This document shows positions 16,630 to 25,469 of a stretch of 32,000 nucleotides of DNA, piece by piece; the stretch's first letter is position 1; each line of letters begins with the position of its first letter. This DNA is from Edaphobacter aggregans (lineage in GTDB: Bacteria; Acidobacteriota; Terriglobia; Terriglobales; Acidobacteriaceae), in assembly GCF_003945235.1 (NCBI RefSeq), contig NZ_RSDW01000001.1, forward strand, positions 2,910,001 through 2,942,000, in the 5' to 3' direction. The notes below the pieces were generated by a model. It was not told the DNA's origin and made no database searches. It saw only the letters and a program-made list of their open reading frames with translations. Position numbers and translations under genes: made by a program.

Positions 16630-16776
16630 TGCGCACTCCTTTTTTCATCCGGCTGCAAGACGAGCATAAGAAAAGGCTACTGACACTGCCCTGTCGGTAG
16701 CCTTTCGCTGTTTCTCACTATTTGATGGTCGCCTGTGGTTCGCTAGTAACCGCCTCCGCCAGAATCGCTCTGAAGA
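16630..16776. repeat. Direct repeat copy B (~147 bp), covering the authentic dnaB 3' end, terminator and an orphaned Shine-Dalgarno
   Basis: Aligns with 15499-15635. It includes the last ~30 nt of dnaB and a hairpin homologous to the one in copy A. It also has the AAGGAG that in copy A serves the VOC gene. Here that site is followed by GTGCGCAAGGCTT with no start codon. Confidence 0.8.
16674..16703 (-). terminator. Intrinsic terminator downstream of dnaB (inside repeat B)
   Basis: AGGCTACTGACA-ctgccc-TGTCGGTAGCCT, a 12-bp stem with one G-U pair. The minus-strand tail is TTTCTTATGC. It lies 40 nt past the dnaB stop. Confidence 0.65.
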
Positions 16777-18137
16777 TTTTCAAACCGCGTGTAGTCGGAG
16801 AGATATGCCAGATGCACACTGCCAGTCGGGCCGTTTCTTTGTTTGGCGATGATGATCTCCGCCTTACCCTTCGACTCGGGATCTTCGTCGCCGTTCTCAT
16901 CCTTGTTGTAATAACTGTCACGATGTATGAAGGCCACGACGTCGGCGTCCTGCTCGATCGATCCTGACTCGCGCAGATCGCTCAGCATCGGCTTCTTATC
17001 GCCGCCGCGCTGCTCACTGGCACGCGAAAGCTGCGACAGTGCAATTACTGGAACCTTCATCTCCTTGGCCAGCGCCTTCAGGCCGCGTGATACCGCCGAG
17101 ACCTCCTGGTTGCGGTTCTCAAAACCCTTCTTTCCCGCCGAACCCGTCATCAGCTGCAGGTAATCGATCATGATCAGGTCCAGATGGCCCTCCTGCTGCT
17201 TCAGTCGCCGCGCCTTGGCGCGCATCTCCGCCAACGTGATGCCTGGCGTGTCGTCGATAAACATCTTCGACTCCATCAACCGCTCAAGCGCCGCCAGCAG
17301 CTTGCCCTTGTCTTCTTTGGGCAGAAAACCTGTCTGGATCTTGCGCGAGTTTACCAGCGCCTCGCTGGCGAGCATGCGTCGCAGCAGCGATTCCTTGGAC
17401 ATTTCAAGCGAAAACACGGCAACTACCTTGCCGTCGCGCACCGCCGCGTTCTGCGCGATGTTGATGGCCCACGCCGTCTTGCCCATCGAAGGACGCGCCG
17501 CGATGATGATCAGTTCTGAATCCTGCAGCCCGCTGGTCATGCGGTCAAACTCGATGTAGTGCGTCGCGAGGCCCGTGATCTCGCGGCCCTGCTCGTACAG
17601 CTTGTCGATCGAGCCGAACGACGAAGCTACGATCTCGGCGATTCCTGAGAAGCCGCGTTGAATGGCGCTGTCCGCCACCTCCGACAACTGGGCCTCCACA
17701 TCACCGAGCACGTTGATCGCGTCTTCACTCTGATCCGAGGCCCGCGTCGCTCCGTCACTGAAGATCGACATCAGTTGTCGCAACAGGCTCTTGTCCTTGA
17801 CGATGCGGACGTAGCTCTCGATATTCAGGTTTTTCGGGATGCCTTCGCTCAGGAACGCCAGGTAAGCCGGACCGCCGATCGCATCCAGTTCCTTCCTCTT
17901 CGACAACGCGTCCATCACAGTCAGATAATCGACCGCATGCCCGGCCGCCAACAGATCGAGCATTGCCTGATAGACTCGCCTGTGAGAATCCAGCGAGAAA
18001 TCGTCTATTTTGAGCTTGCCGGTTGCGTCGCTGATTGCAACAGCATCCTGCAGCATCGCACCGAGGATTGCGATTTCGTTATGAACCGATGCCGGAAGGC
18101 CTTCTGCCGACGAGTATGTTTCTGAGAACGATGCCAT
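16743..18137 (-). CDS. dnaB: Replicative DNA helicase DnaB
   Basis: 464 aa. N-terminal domain (HNEIAILGAMLQD), Walker A (ARPSMGKTA), Walker B (LIMIDYLQLM), and the RecA-like motifs SLEMS and QLSR...R. No intein-sized insertion is present. Confidence 0.96.
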   Translation of the reverse strand: MASFSETYSSAEGLPASVHNEIAILGAMLQDAVAISDATGKLKIDDFSLDSHRRVYQAMLDLLAAGHAVDYLTVMDALSKRKELDAIGGPAYLAFLSEGIPKNLNIESYVRIVKDKSLLRQLMSIFSDGATRASDQSEDAINVLGDVEAQLSEVADSAIQRGFSGIAEIVASSFGSIDKLYEQGREITGLATHYIEFDRMTSGLQDSELIIIAARPSMGKTAWAINIAQNAAVRDGKVVAVFSLEMSKESLLRRMLASEALVNSRKIQTGFLPKEDKGKLLAALERLMESKMFIDDTPGITLAEMRAKARRLKQQEGHLDLIMIDYLQLMTGSAGKKGFENRNQEVSAVSRGLKALAKEMKVPVIALSQLSRASEQRGGDKKPMLSDLRESGSIEQDADVVAFIHRDSYYNKDENGDEDPESKGKAEIIIAKQRNGPTGSVHLAYLSDYTRFENLQSDSGGGGY

Positions 18138-18167
18138 GAATATTTAGATTAGTTCTTCTTCACACCT

Positions 18168-18215
18168 GAAGTCGATGTGACCCATATCTGCCGGAAGTCA
18201 ACATGACTCATATCT
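18168..18215. repeat. Two 22-bp direct repeats in the dnaB / DUF5076 divergent promoter region
   Basis: GAAGTCGATGTGACCCATATCT (18168-18189) and GAAGTCAACATGACTCATATCT (18194-18215). They match at 18 of 22 positions, with a 26-bp period, 31-78 nt upstream of the dnaB ATG. Confidence 0.5.
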
Positions 18216-18318
18216 AGTGCAGGGCTTGTGGTTATGCTCTGGAAAATTGGGGTTGCCTGTGAATATCACGTTCGTTCGGGTCATTTGAATAAAATCGATG
18301 AGCAAAGGAAGACATGCC

Positions 18319-18618
18319 ATGACTTCAGAAAAACACCTGAACGTTCCACCAGTGGCACAGCGCGACAGAGGGTCGTTCGAGGTCTTTCGCGTCTGGGTCG
18401 CCGAACAGGGTCAGCACGTAAGCATCCGCTGCGGCGCATGGGAGGACCCCTTCGCCTGGGGTGTCGTCCTGGCCGACCTCGCCCGTCACATCGCCCTAGC
18501 TCATTCGCTGCACAACAAAGGTATCGACAAGGACGTCTTCCTCGAACGTCTGCTCGAAGGCTTCAGCGAAGAGATCGACGCCCCCACCGACGAAGCTGAG
18601 GGCGAAGTCACTCAGTAG
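18319..18618 (+). CDS. DUF5076-like small protein
   Basis: 99 aa from ATG 18319, with AAGGAAG 8 nt upstream. The ORF track starts at 18298. The pattern ...VFRVWVAEQGQHVSIRCGAWEDPFAWGVVLADLARHIA...ERLLEGFSEEIDAPTD resembles DUF5076 proteins as I remember them. No search was run. Confidence 0.65.
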   Translation: MTSEKHLNVPPVAQRDRGSFEVFRVWVAEQGQHVSIRCGAWEDPFAWGVVLADLARHIALAHSLHNKGIDKDVFLERLLEGFSEEIDAPTDEAEGEVTQ

Positions 18619-18630
18619 CAGGCTACCCAC

Positions 18631-19326
18631 TCAGTGCCCGTGGTACTTCTGGAACAAATCGGGAAACTGCTGTTGCAGCGCCGCCATCTTCGGCACATCG
18701 CAAACCTGGATATACGGATTGTTAGGATTCTTATCCGCATAATCCTGGTGATAGTCTTCGCCGTTATAAAAAGCCTTCAGCGGCACCAACTGCGTCACAA
18801 TCTTCTTCGGAAACACATGCGCTGCATCGAGTTGCTCGATATAGGCCGCAGCAATCTTCTGCTGCTCCGGTGTCGTGTAGAAGATCGCCGACCGATACGA
18901 CGTGCCTACATCCGGCCCTTGCCGATTCAACTGCGTCGGATCATGCACCACTGAAAAGAAGACCCGCAGCAACGTGCCGTAACTCACCTTCGACGGATCG
19001 TAAACGATCTTCACCGATTCGGCATGCTCCGTCCTCTCGGGCGAAACATCACTGTAGTTTGCCGTGTTCGCTGTGCCACCCGAGTAGCCAGCCGTCGTAG
19101 CCGTAACACCCTTCACGCGGTTGTACACGCTCTGCACACCCCAGAAGCAGCCGCCGGCAAACACCGCTGTCTCCTTGCCGTGTGGGGCCGCCTGCTCGTC
19201 AATTGCCGGTGCCGGAATTGGCTCCTTCCTCGTCTCCGCACCAATCACCATCTTTCGAACTCCTATCAGGAGCGCCGCCACAACCACCACTCCAATTCCA
19301 AGTCGAACCACGCCGCTCGTCATCAC
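18631..19326 (-). CDS. msrA: Peptide-methionine (S)-S-oxide reductase MsrA with an N-terminal membrane anchor or signal
   Basis: 231 aa. Active-site motif GGCFWG, plus the conserved GYSGG and YHQ.Y motifs. Hydrophobic N-terminus (VVRLGIGVVVVAALLIGV). Confidence 0.93.
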   Translation of the reverse strand: MMTSGVVRLGIGVVVVAALLIGVRKMVIGAETRKEPIPAPAIDEQAAPHGKETAVFAGGCFWGVQSVYNRVKGVTATTAGYSGGTANTANYSDVSPERTEHAESVKIVYDPSKVSYGTLLRVFFSVVHDPTQLNRQGPDVGTSYRSAIFYTTPEQQKIAAAYIEQLDAAHVFPKKIVTQLVPLKAFYNGEDYHQDYADKNPNNPYIQVCDVPKMAALQQQFPDLFQKYHGH

Positions 19327-19383
19327 ATATTCTCCCAGCAGCGATTAGATGCGGGCACCTGTCCGGAGGTAACAGACCACCCC

Positions 19384-21372
19384 TTAAGCCACACTCAGCC
19401 GCCGACCCTGAATTTCGATGTACACATGAATCAAGCTGATAGCCGCTGGAGTCACTCCAGCAATACGACTGGCCTGCCCCAGCGTCGAAGGCTTCACGCG
19501 CGTGAGAATCTGTTTCATCTCCGTCGAAAGCCCGCTTACCGCGCTGTAGTCGAACCACTCCGGAATCACCATCTTCTCGGCCTTGCGCATCTTCTCCATC
19601 GAGCGCCGCTGCTGGTTGAGGTAGCCCGCGTACTTGATCTCGGTCTCCACCGTCTTCATCTCGTTGCGAACCCACGCCGGAAGCCGTTCACCGCCCGCAG
19701 CATCCATCGCAGCAACCCAGACAGCAAAGATCTCCCCCGCATCCGCCAGCCGATCGTGCAGCAACGGAGCGATCTCCTCGATCTCAAGTTCCGGTCGCTT
19801 AATCAACTGCGCGAAGCTCTGCCCCGCGATACTTGAGGCATCTCCTCCCAAGCGGCCCAGCAACTCTTCCGGCAACTCACCCGTACGAACGCGAGAACTA
19901 CTCAGCAGCGCCTCAAACGCAACCGCACGCGACTGTTTGGCCTCATACTCAGCCCAGGCTGAGTCATCAATTAGCCCGAGCCGCCGCCCATGCGGAGTCA
20001 GCCTGCGGTCCGCGTTGTCGATTCGCAGATGCAGCCGAAACTCCGCACGCGAAGTAAACATTCGATATGGCTCATTCGTTCCCTTGCTGATCAGATCATC
20101 GATCAGGATGCCCGTATAAGCCTCCGTGCGATCAAGCGTGAACCCAGGCTCACCCTTCACCGCCAACGCCGCGTTGATCCCCGCCATCAGCCCCTGACAC
20201 GCAGCCTCTTCATAGCCGCTCGTGCCATTGATCTGGCCAGCGAGATAAAGCCCGTCAAACGACTTCACCTTCAATGTGCGATCCAGCTCTGTCGGATCAA
20301 TCGCGTCATACTCAATCGCATAGCCAGGCCGCAGCATCTCCGCATGCTCAAGCCCCGGGATCGATCGCACCATCGCCGCCTGAATCTCCATCGGCAGGCT
20401 TGTGCTCATGCCGTTGATGTACACCTCATGCGTGTTCAACCCCTCGGGCTCCAGGAAGAACTGGTGCCGCGTCTTATCCGGAAAGCGCACGATCTTGTCT
20501 TCAATCGAAGGACAGTACCGCGGTCCAATCGCCTCAATCTGCCCCGTATACATTGGCGAGCGATGCACATTCTCGCGAATCAGCCGCAGCGTCTCGTCCG
20601 TCGTATGCGCGATGTGGCACTTGATCTGACGCAGCGGCGGCTCCCCGCCCTTCGCAAACGGAGACCGAAAGCTGAACGGCGTAGGATCCGCATCTCCCGG
20701 CTGCTCCGCAAACTTCTCCCAATCAATCGTGCGCCCATCCAGCCGAGGAGGCGTCCCCGTCTTCAACCGGCACTCGCGCAAACCAAGCCGCTTCAAACTT
20801 TCGCCCAGCAAGACACTCGCAGGCTCACCACTACGCCCAGCCGTGTACTGCTGCTCGCCGCAATGAATCAACCCATTCAAAAACGTCCCAGTCGTAACAA
20901 CCGTCGCCCCGGCGTAGACCACTCGCCCATCCCGCAGTTTTACCCCGCTGACTCGCTGATTCGCTGACTCGTCGACCCGCTCGACGATCAAATCCACAAC
21001 CTCAGCCTGCTTGATGAACAGATTCTTCTGCCCCTCCAGCACCTCGCGCATCTTCACGCGATACAGCGCCTTATCGCACTGCGCCCTTGGCGACCAAACC
21101 GCAGGGCCCCGGCTCGTATTCAGCAACCGAAACTGAATCCCACAAGCATCGGCAACCTCGCCCATGACGCCACCCAGCGCATCCACCTCACGCACCAGAT
21201 GCCCCTTGGCGATCCCACCAATCGCCGGATTACAACTCATCTGCGCAATCAAATCCAGATTCAGCGTAAAGATAGCCGTGCGCAACCCCATGCGCGCCGC
21301 AGCCACCGCCGCTTCACACCCGGCATGCCCCGCACCGACAACAACTACATCGTACTGTTCCGTAAAGCTCAC
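19384..21372 (-). CDS. mnmG: tRNA uridine-5-carboxymethylaminomethyl(34) synthesis enzyme MnmG (GidA)
   Basis: 662 aa. N-terminal FAD motif [16 protein letters not shown], then [20 protein letters not shown] and [11 protein letters not shown]. The C-terminal GidA-association domain has ...QASRI.GVTPAAI. Confidence 0.97.
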   Translation of the reverse strand: MSFTEQYDVVVVGAGHAGCEAAVAAARMGLRTAIFTLNLDLIAQMSCNPAIGGIAKGHLVREVDALGGVMGEVADACGIQFRLLNTSRGPAVWSPRAQCDKALYRVKMREVLEGQKNLFIKQAEVVDLIVERVDESANQRVSGVKLRDGRVVYAGATVVTTGTFLNGLIHCGEQQYTAGRSGEPASVLLGESLKRLGLRECRLKTGTPPRLDGRTIDWEKFAEQPGDADPTPFSFRSPFAKGGEPPLRQIKCHIAHTTDETLRLIRENVHRSPMYTGQIEAIGPRYCPSIEDKIVRFPDKTRHQFFLEPEGLNTHEVYINGMSTSLPMEIQAAMVRSIPGLEHAEMLRPGYAIEYDAIDPTELDRTLKVKSFDGLYLAGQINGTSGYEEAACQGLMAGINAALAVKGEPGFTLDRTEAYTGILIDDLISKGTNEPYRMFTSRAEFRLHLRIDNADRRLTPHGRRLGLIDDSAWAEYEAKQSRAVAFEALLSSSRVRTGELPEELLGRLGGDASSIAGQSFAQLIKRPELEIEEIAPLLHDRLADAGEIFAVWVAAMDAAGGERLPAWVRNEMKTVETEIKYAGYLNQQRRSMEKMRKAEKMVIPEWFDYSAVSGLSTEMKQILTRVKPSTLGQASRIAGVTPAAISLIHVYIEIQGRRLSVA

Positions 21373-21425
21373 ATTTCTATTCTAAATAGGCGTCGCTAAT
21401 CTACCCATCTACCGTGCGGTTACAG

Positions 21426-22694
21426 TCAAGTTGCGTGATAGGCAGTGGGTTTCCCATTTTGCTTATACTGCGCGAAATGGCACCCACGAAATTGCTGAAA
21501 CAAGCTCATTACAGAAATTTTGCGATCTGAACTTCCCAGCGTCATTAGCCCACCATCATCTTGCACTTGGAAAGTAATAACGATGTTCTGCCCCGCGGAG
21601 GCTGGGTCTTTCACCTCGTGAGGTAGAGAACACCCTGTGATCAGTTTCCGCGTTGTGGCATCATCCAGCTCGGGAATTGGATCGCTAAGCCTAGTCTTGA
21701 AGTGCAGGACCAAAGGCATCTCCATCTGTACAGGAACGCCGTCAACAACCAGCGGTTTGAACTTGTAATTTAACGCCTGCTCCATTCCGAAGCTCTCCAA
21801 ACCAGGATTATCCGAGTTGTGCTTTGCCGTTTCTCGCACTTGGCCCGTCCGGTCCGTGCGCGCATATACGATCATGTACCCCTCGGTCTTTCCCTCCCGC
21901 ACACTGGGCCACTTAATCTCAGGAGCTTTTTCAACCAAACTCTCCTCTTTCAGCGTGGATACAAACGCGGTTGAAGTCCGTTGTTCGAAAGGCGTTGCGT
22001 CCGAAATCATAAGCATTGCATCCGGCAGATCGGTTAGTCCTTCCAGCGTCGCCAGCCGACCAACGACAGGCTTAAAGTCGAGCACCCGCGTCTCATAGGT
22101 TCGAGCAATCTTCTTGCTCTCAAACTCCTTCACGTCCTTAAACTCCATGAAGTCGTAAAACGTTAGTACATAGTCCAACACTGGCTCAGTGCTCTTAAGG
22201 CACACAACCTCAAAGGTCAGTTCGTCAGTGATACCAGCAGGACGGTCTTCGTGTTTTAGACAATTCTCTGATACCTGAGGGCCCTGCGTTCGAAAGTTCT
22301 TCGCCATTGGCACGGGATCCAGCACCGCCGACACAAAGTTCTCGAGCCAACGCGGATAATAATCGCCGTCGTTCTTCTCAAAGACCTTGTCCCCGTTTAC
22401 CACCTTCTGCTGGTTGAACTTTGGCGAAGTCAAAACCATCCGGTACTTCGACTGATCAGCCCACCACACTTCGAGACGACCCGAATACTCCGATCCAGCA
22501 GCCCCTATCTCCATCACCGCATGAAAAGGCTTGCCTTCATACGTGAGCGAAGAAGCTTTCAAAGCTCGAGTCAGAGCAGCATCAGCATCCACCCGCTCGC
22601 CTTGAACTTGAGGTAACCCAGGCATTTGCGCCCAACTAACTATCGAACACAAAAAGGCTGCGGCAGCCAGACTGCGAAACCAAAATTTATGCAT
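21426..22694 (-). CDS. Hypothetical secreted protein (LolA-like N-terminal region, TonB-C-like C-terminal modules)
   Basis: 422 aa with a signal peptide (MHKFWFRSLAAAAFLCSIVSWAQ). The N-terminal part resembles LolA-type lipoprotein-sorting folds (YSGRLEVWWADQSKYRMVL). The segment IKWPSVREGKTEGYMIVYARTDRTGQV...EQALNYKFKPLVVDGVPVQMEMPLVLHF resembles a TonB C-terminal domain. The gene is visibly more AT-rich than its neighbours. Confidence 0.75.
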   Translation of the reverse strand: MHKFWFRSLAAAAFLCSIVSWAQMPGLPQVQGERVDADAALTRALKASSLTYEGKPFHAVMEIGAAGSEYSGRLEVWWADQSKYRMVLTSPKFNQQKVVNGDKVFEKNDGDYYPRWLENFVSAVLDPVPMAKNFRTQGPQVSENCLKHEDRPAGITDELTFEVVCLKSTEPVLDYVLTFYDFMEFKDVKEFESKKIARTYETRVLDFKPVVGRLATLEGLTDLPDAMLMISDATPFEQRTSTAFVSTLKEESLVEKAPEIKWPSVREGKTEGYMIVYARTDRTGQVRETAKHNSDNPGLESFGMEQALNYKFKPLVVDGVPVQMEMPLVLHFKTRLSDPIPELDDATTRKLITGCSLPHEVKDPASAGQNIVITFQVQDDGGLMTLGSSDRKISVMSLFQQFRGCHFAQYKQNGKPTAYHAT

Positions 22695-22780
22695 GTGTGC
22701 ATCCTAGCGTATCGCTGTCTAAGGCGAGAGAGCCTTTGAGATATCTCGAAATGATGACCAATCTCCCCTACAATCACCGC

Positions 22781-23668
22781 ATGCGCATCCAAAAATTCCT
22801 CCTCACCGCCACCCTCCTGCTGGCCCCCATTACCCTCCACGCGCAATCTCCCATCACCACCGACCCGACCCCCGACAAGCAAAACCCCGCCGCAATGCAG
22901 TCCTTCCAGCTCCCCAGCCACGGAGCCCTCCTGAACGCCCTGGTCTACATCGCCTCCGGCCTCGGCCCTCATCCCACTGTCATCCTCCTCCACGGCTTCC
23001 CCGGCAATGAGAAGAATCTCGACCTCGCACAATCCATTCGACGCGCTGGCTGGAACGTCCTCTACTTCAACTATCGCGGCTCCTGGGGCTCACCCGGCGA
23101 CTTCTCGTTCACCCACTGCATCGAAGACGTCCAATCCGCCGTTGCCTATCTACGCGATCCCGCCAACGCCAAAAAGCTCCGCGTCGACTCCACTCACCTC
23201 GTCCTCATCGGCCACAGCATGGGAGGCTTCATGACCATCCAGGGCGGCGCAAACGACCCCGGCATCAAAGCCATCGCCACCATCTCCGCAGCCGACTTCA
23301 ACGCCGGCCGCCTGCAATCGCTCCCCGCCGACAAGCACGATGCTACCGTCAAAGCCATCGCCACCCACCTCGCCGATGAAGGCATGGCCCCGCTCGCCGG
23401 CACCAGCCCCGAGAGTCTCGCCAACGAGATCATCGCCAACGCCGCCGCATTTAACTTCGTGAACCTCGCTCCCAAACTCGCCACTCGTCACATCCTCGTT
23501 CTCACCTCTGACGACGGCCTCGCCCCCGCAAACGACGCCTTCGTCGAAGCCCTTCACAAAGCCGGCAATCAACAGGTCAACGAGATCCACATGCCTACCG
23601 ACCACTCCTACTCCGATCACCGCATCGCGCTTCAGCAAGCCATCCTCGACTTTCTCGAGCAAAACTAG
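22781..23668 (+). CDS. Secreted alpha/beta-fold hydrolase
   Basis: 295 aa from ATG 22781 (MRIQKFLLTATLLLAPITLHAQS signal peptide). Oxyanion-region HGFPG, nucleophile elbow GHSMGG, and a C-terminal D...H (PTDHSYSDH). The longer ORF from 22697 lacks a signal and overlaps the divergent promoter region. Confidence 0.85.
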   Translation: MRIQKFLLTATLLLAPITLHAQSPITTDPTPDKQNPAAMQSFQLPSHGALLNALVYIASGLGPHPTVILLHGFPGNEKNLDLAQSIRRAGWNVLYFNYRGSWGSPGDFSFTHCIEDVQSAVAYLRDPANAKKLRVDSTHLVLIGHSMGGFMTIQGGANDPGIKAIATISAADFNAGRLQSLPADKHDATVKAIATHLADEGMAPLAGTSPESLANEIIANAAAFNFVNLAPKLATRHILVLTSDDGLAPANDAFVEALHKAGNQQVNEIHMPTDHSYSDHRIALQQAILDFLEQN

Positions 23669-23758
23669 CCAATCTCAGCATCCATTCCCGGCCTCTTCCC
23701 GCATCCAAGTCAGCAGGCGGAGGCAACCACCTACCTCCGCTACGTCACACTCTTAGCT

Positions 23759-24904
23759 ATGGACTACTACCAGACCGTCATCAACGAACACTTCCGCCAC
23801 CCGTGGTTCTTCGTCGTTTTCCTCTTCTGCGCCGTCATCGTCGTCGCCAACATCGCACACTACATCATCTTCCGCTTCATCCGCCGCAAAGAATCTGAAC
23901 ACAAGATTATGGGATGGGGCATCCAGAAGTACCTCAGCCATCCTGCGCGCGCCATCTTTTTCATCACATGCCTGCGTCTCGTTCTGCCAGCCATTCCCAG
24001 AATCCCCGATAACGCCGCAAGCGTCCTTCGCCAGGTTCTCGCCATGGCGGTCGTCATTGCACTCGGATGGTTCGCAGTCAGTTGTGTCTACGCCTTCCAG
24101 GCCGTAACGCTCCGCCGTTATGATCTCAGCGCCCCCAACAATCTGCAGGCGCGCCGTATCCATACCCAGTTCCAGTTCTTCCGCCGCATTCTCATCGCCT
24201 TGATCGTCGTCGTTACGATCGGCGCTCTCCTCTGGACCTTCAACGACGCTAGTATCTGGCGTTGGGGTTCCGGTCTTCTTGCCTCCGCCGGCGTAGCTTC
24301 CGTTATCCTAGCCACCGCAGCCCGCTCCACCGCAGCCAACTTCTTCGCTGGCCTCCAGATCGCTTTCACCGATCCCATTCACGTCGATGACGTTGTCGTC
24401 ATCCAGGGCGAGTGGGGTCGCATCGAAGAGATCAACTCTGCCTACGTCGTCGTCAAGATCTGGGATCTCCGCCGCCTCATCGTCCCCTTGAGCTTCTTCA
24501 TCGAAAACGCCTTCCAGAACTGGACACGCGACTCCTCCGACATCCTGGGCACAGCCTTCCTCTATGTCGATTACTCCATCCCCGTGGAAGCCCTACGCCA
24601 GCAACTGATCACCATCGTCGACACCTCGCCGCTCTGGGACCGACGAACCTGCGTCCTTCAGGTCACCAACCTCAGCGAACGCGCGATGGAGATCCGCTGC
24701 CTCACAAGCTCCCGCAACTCCAGCGACAGCTTCGACCTCCGTTGCATCGTCCGCGAAAAGATGACCGAATGGATCCAGCAAAACTACCCCAACGCCTTCC
24801 CCGTCACGCGCTTTACCGCGTTGCCTGATAGCGCCATCGATCCGCAACGTCCCAACCGGCCGGAAGCCCTCGGTTTCGCCTCCGAAACGTCTCGTCGCAG
24901 CTAA
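23759..24904 (+). CDS. Mechanosensitive ion channel (MscS) family protein
   Basis: 381 aa. Several N-terminal TM helices, then the MscS pore helix and beta-domain signature (AGVASVILATAARSTAANFFAGLQIAFTDPIHVDDVVVIQGEWGRIEEINSAYVVVKIWDLRRLIVP.S.F). Confidence 0.9.
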   Translation: MDYYQTVINEHFRHPWFFVVFLFCAVIVVANIAHYIIFRFIRRKESEHKIMGWGIQKYLSHPARAIFFITCLRLVLPAIPRIPDNAASVLRQVLAMAVVIALGWFAVSCVYAFQAVTLRRYDLSAPNNLQARRIHTQFQFFRRILIALIVVVTIGALLWTFNDASIWRWGSGLLASAGVASVILATAARSTAANFFAGLQIAFTDPIHVDDVVVIQGEWGRIEEINSAYVVVKIWDLRRLIVPLSFFIENAFQNWTRDSSDILGTAFLYVDYSIPVEALRQQLITIVDTSPLWDRRTCVLQVTNLSERAMEIRCLTSSRNSSDSFDLRCIVREKMTEWIQQNYPNAFPVTRFTALPDSAIDPQRPNRPEALGFASETSRRS

Positions 24905-24908
24905 CTGT

Positions 24909-25360
24909 CTATTGAATCTCAGCAAGCGGCTTGCCTGCCTGCGGCGTCTCTCGATTCCAGTCTTTGCCGAAGAGACGGGCTATCGTCGCAAGCAACCTGA
25001 CTTTGCGTCACCGCAGGCGTGCCTGCGCCCAGCTCGCCTCGCGCCGGTATACCTGCTCCCATCGCTGCAAGAAAAATGTACTTCGAGTCTGGAACTTTCT
25101 CCCCGTAAGTCCTCCACTCTGTGGGTGCGTCACCACGGCCCGTGGCCCGGCAGAAAGATCAACGTCGGATGCCCGCGATACTCCGGATCAGCTTGCACAA
25201 ACTTCCACAGCTCTTCCAGATATTGGTCCACGCGATGCGCCGCAGCCAGGTAGAAGCCGTAGCGTCCCGCGTGCGCCCGGTCGTCCGTCTCACCAAGCGA
25301 CGCCGCAGTTGATCCGATGTTTTTAGCGGAAAAATCCATTGTCAAGCCCTCAAATCCCAT
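24909..25360 (-). pseudogene. Frameshifted, 5'-truncated remnant of a metalloenzyme-like gene (alkaline-phosphatase superfamily suspected)
   Basis: Three collinear protein-like segments lie in different frames. Segment 1 is 25360-25133 (...GRYGFYLAAAHRVDQYLEELWKFVQADPEYRGHPTLIFLPGHGPW, then TGA). Segment 2 is 25134-24991 (GDAPTEWRTYGEKVPDSKYIFLAAMGAGIPARGELGAGTPAVTQSQVA). Segment 3 is 24989-24909 (ATIARLFGKDWNRETPQAGKPLAEIQ, then stop). An in-frame stop lies 14 codons upstream of the first Met, so the N-terminal majority of the protein is absent. Confidence 0.65.
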
Positions 25361-25439
25361 AAACCGAATCCCGTCATACAGATACGCATTGCATATTAAT
25401 TTCGCTCAATCAGCTAAACTAGATATATAGAGCTAAAAG

Positions 25440-25469
25440 AAAGCTCCGGGCCCCCCTACCCGGAGCTTT
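25440..25469 (-). terminator. Orphan intrinsic terminator-like hairpin in an AT-rich spacer
   Basis: AAAGCTCCGGG-ccccccta-CCCGGAGCTTT, an 11-bp stem. The minus-strand tail is CTTTTAGCTC. No intact CDS lies upstream on the minus strand. Confidence 0.45.

Noticed and set aside
18138-21425. Possible oriC, because dnaB and mnmG (gidA) are nearby.
   Set aside because: The spacers flanking mnmG are only about 55 bp. I found no cluster of DnaA boxes (TTATCCACA), only isolated 2-mismatch matches such as TGTGGTTAT near 18230. There is no AT-rich unwinding element, and dnaA and dnaN are absent.
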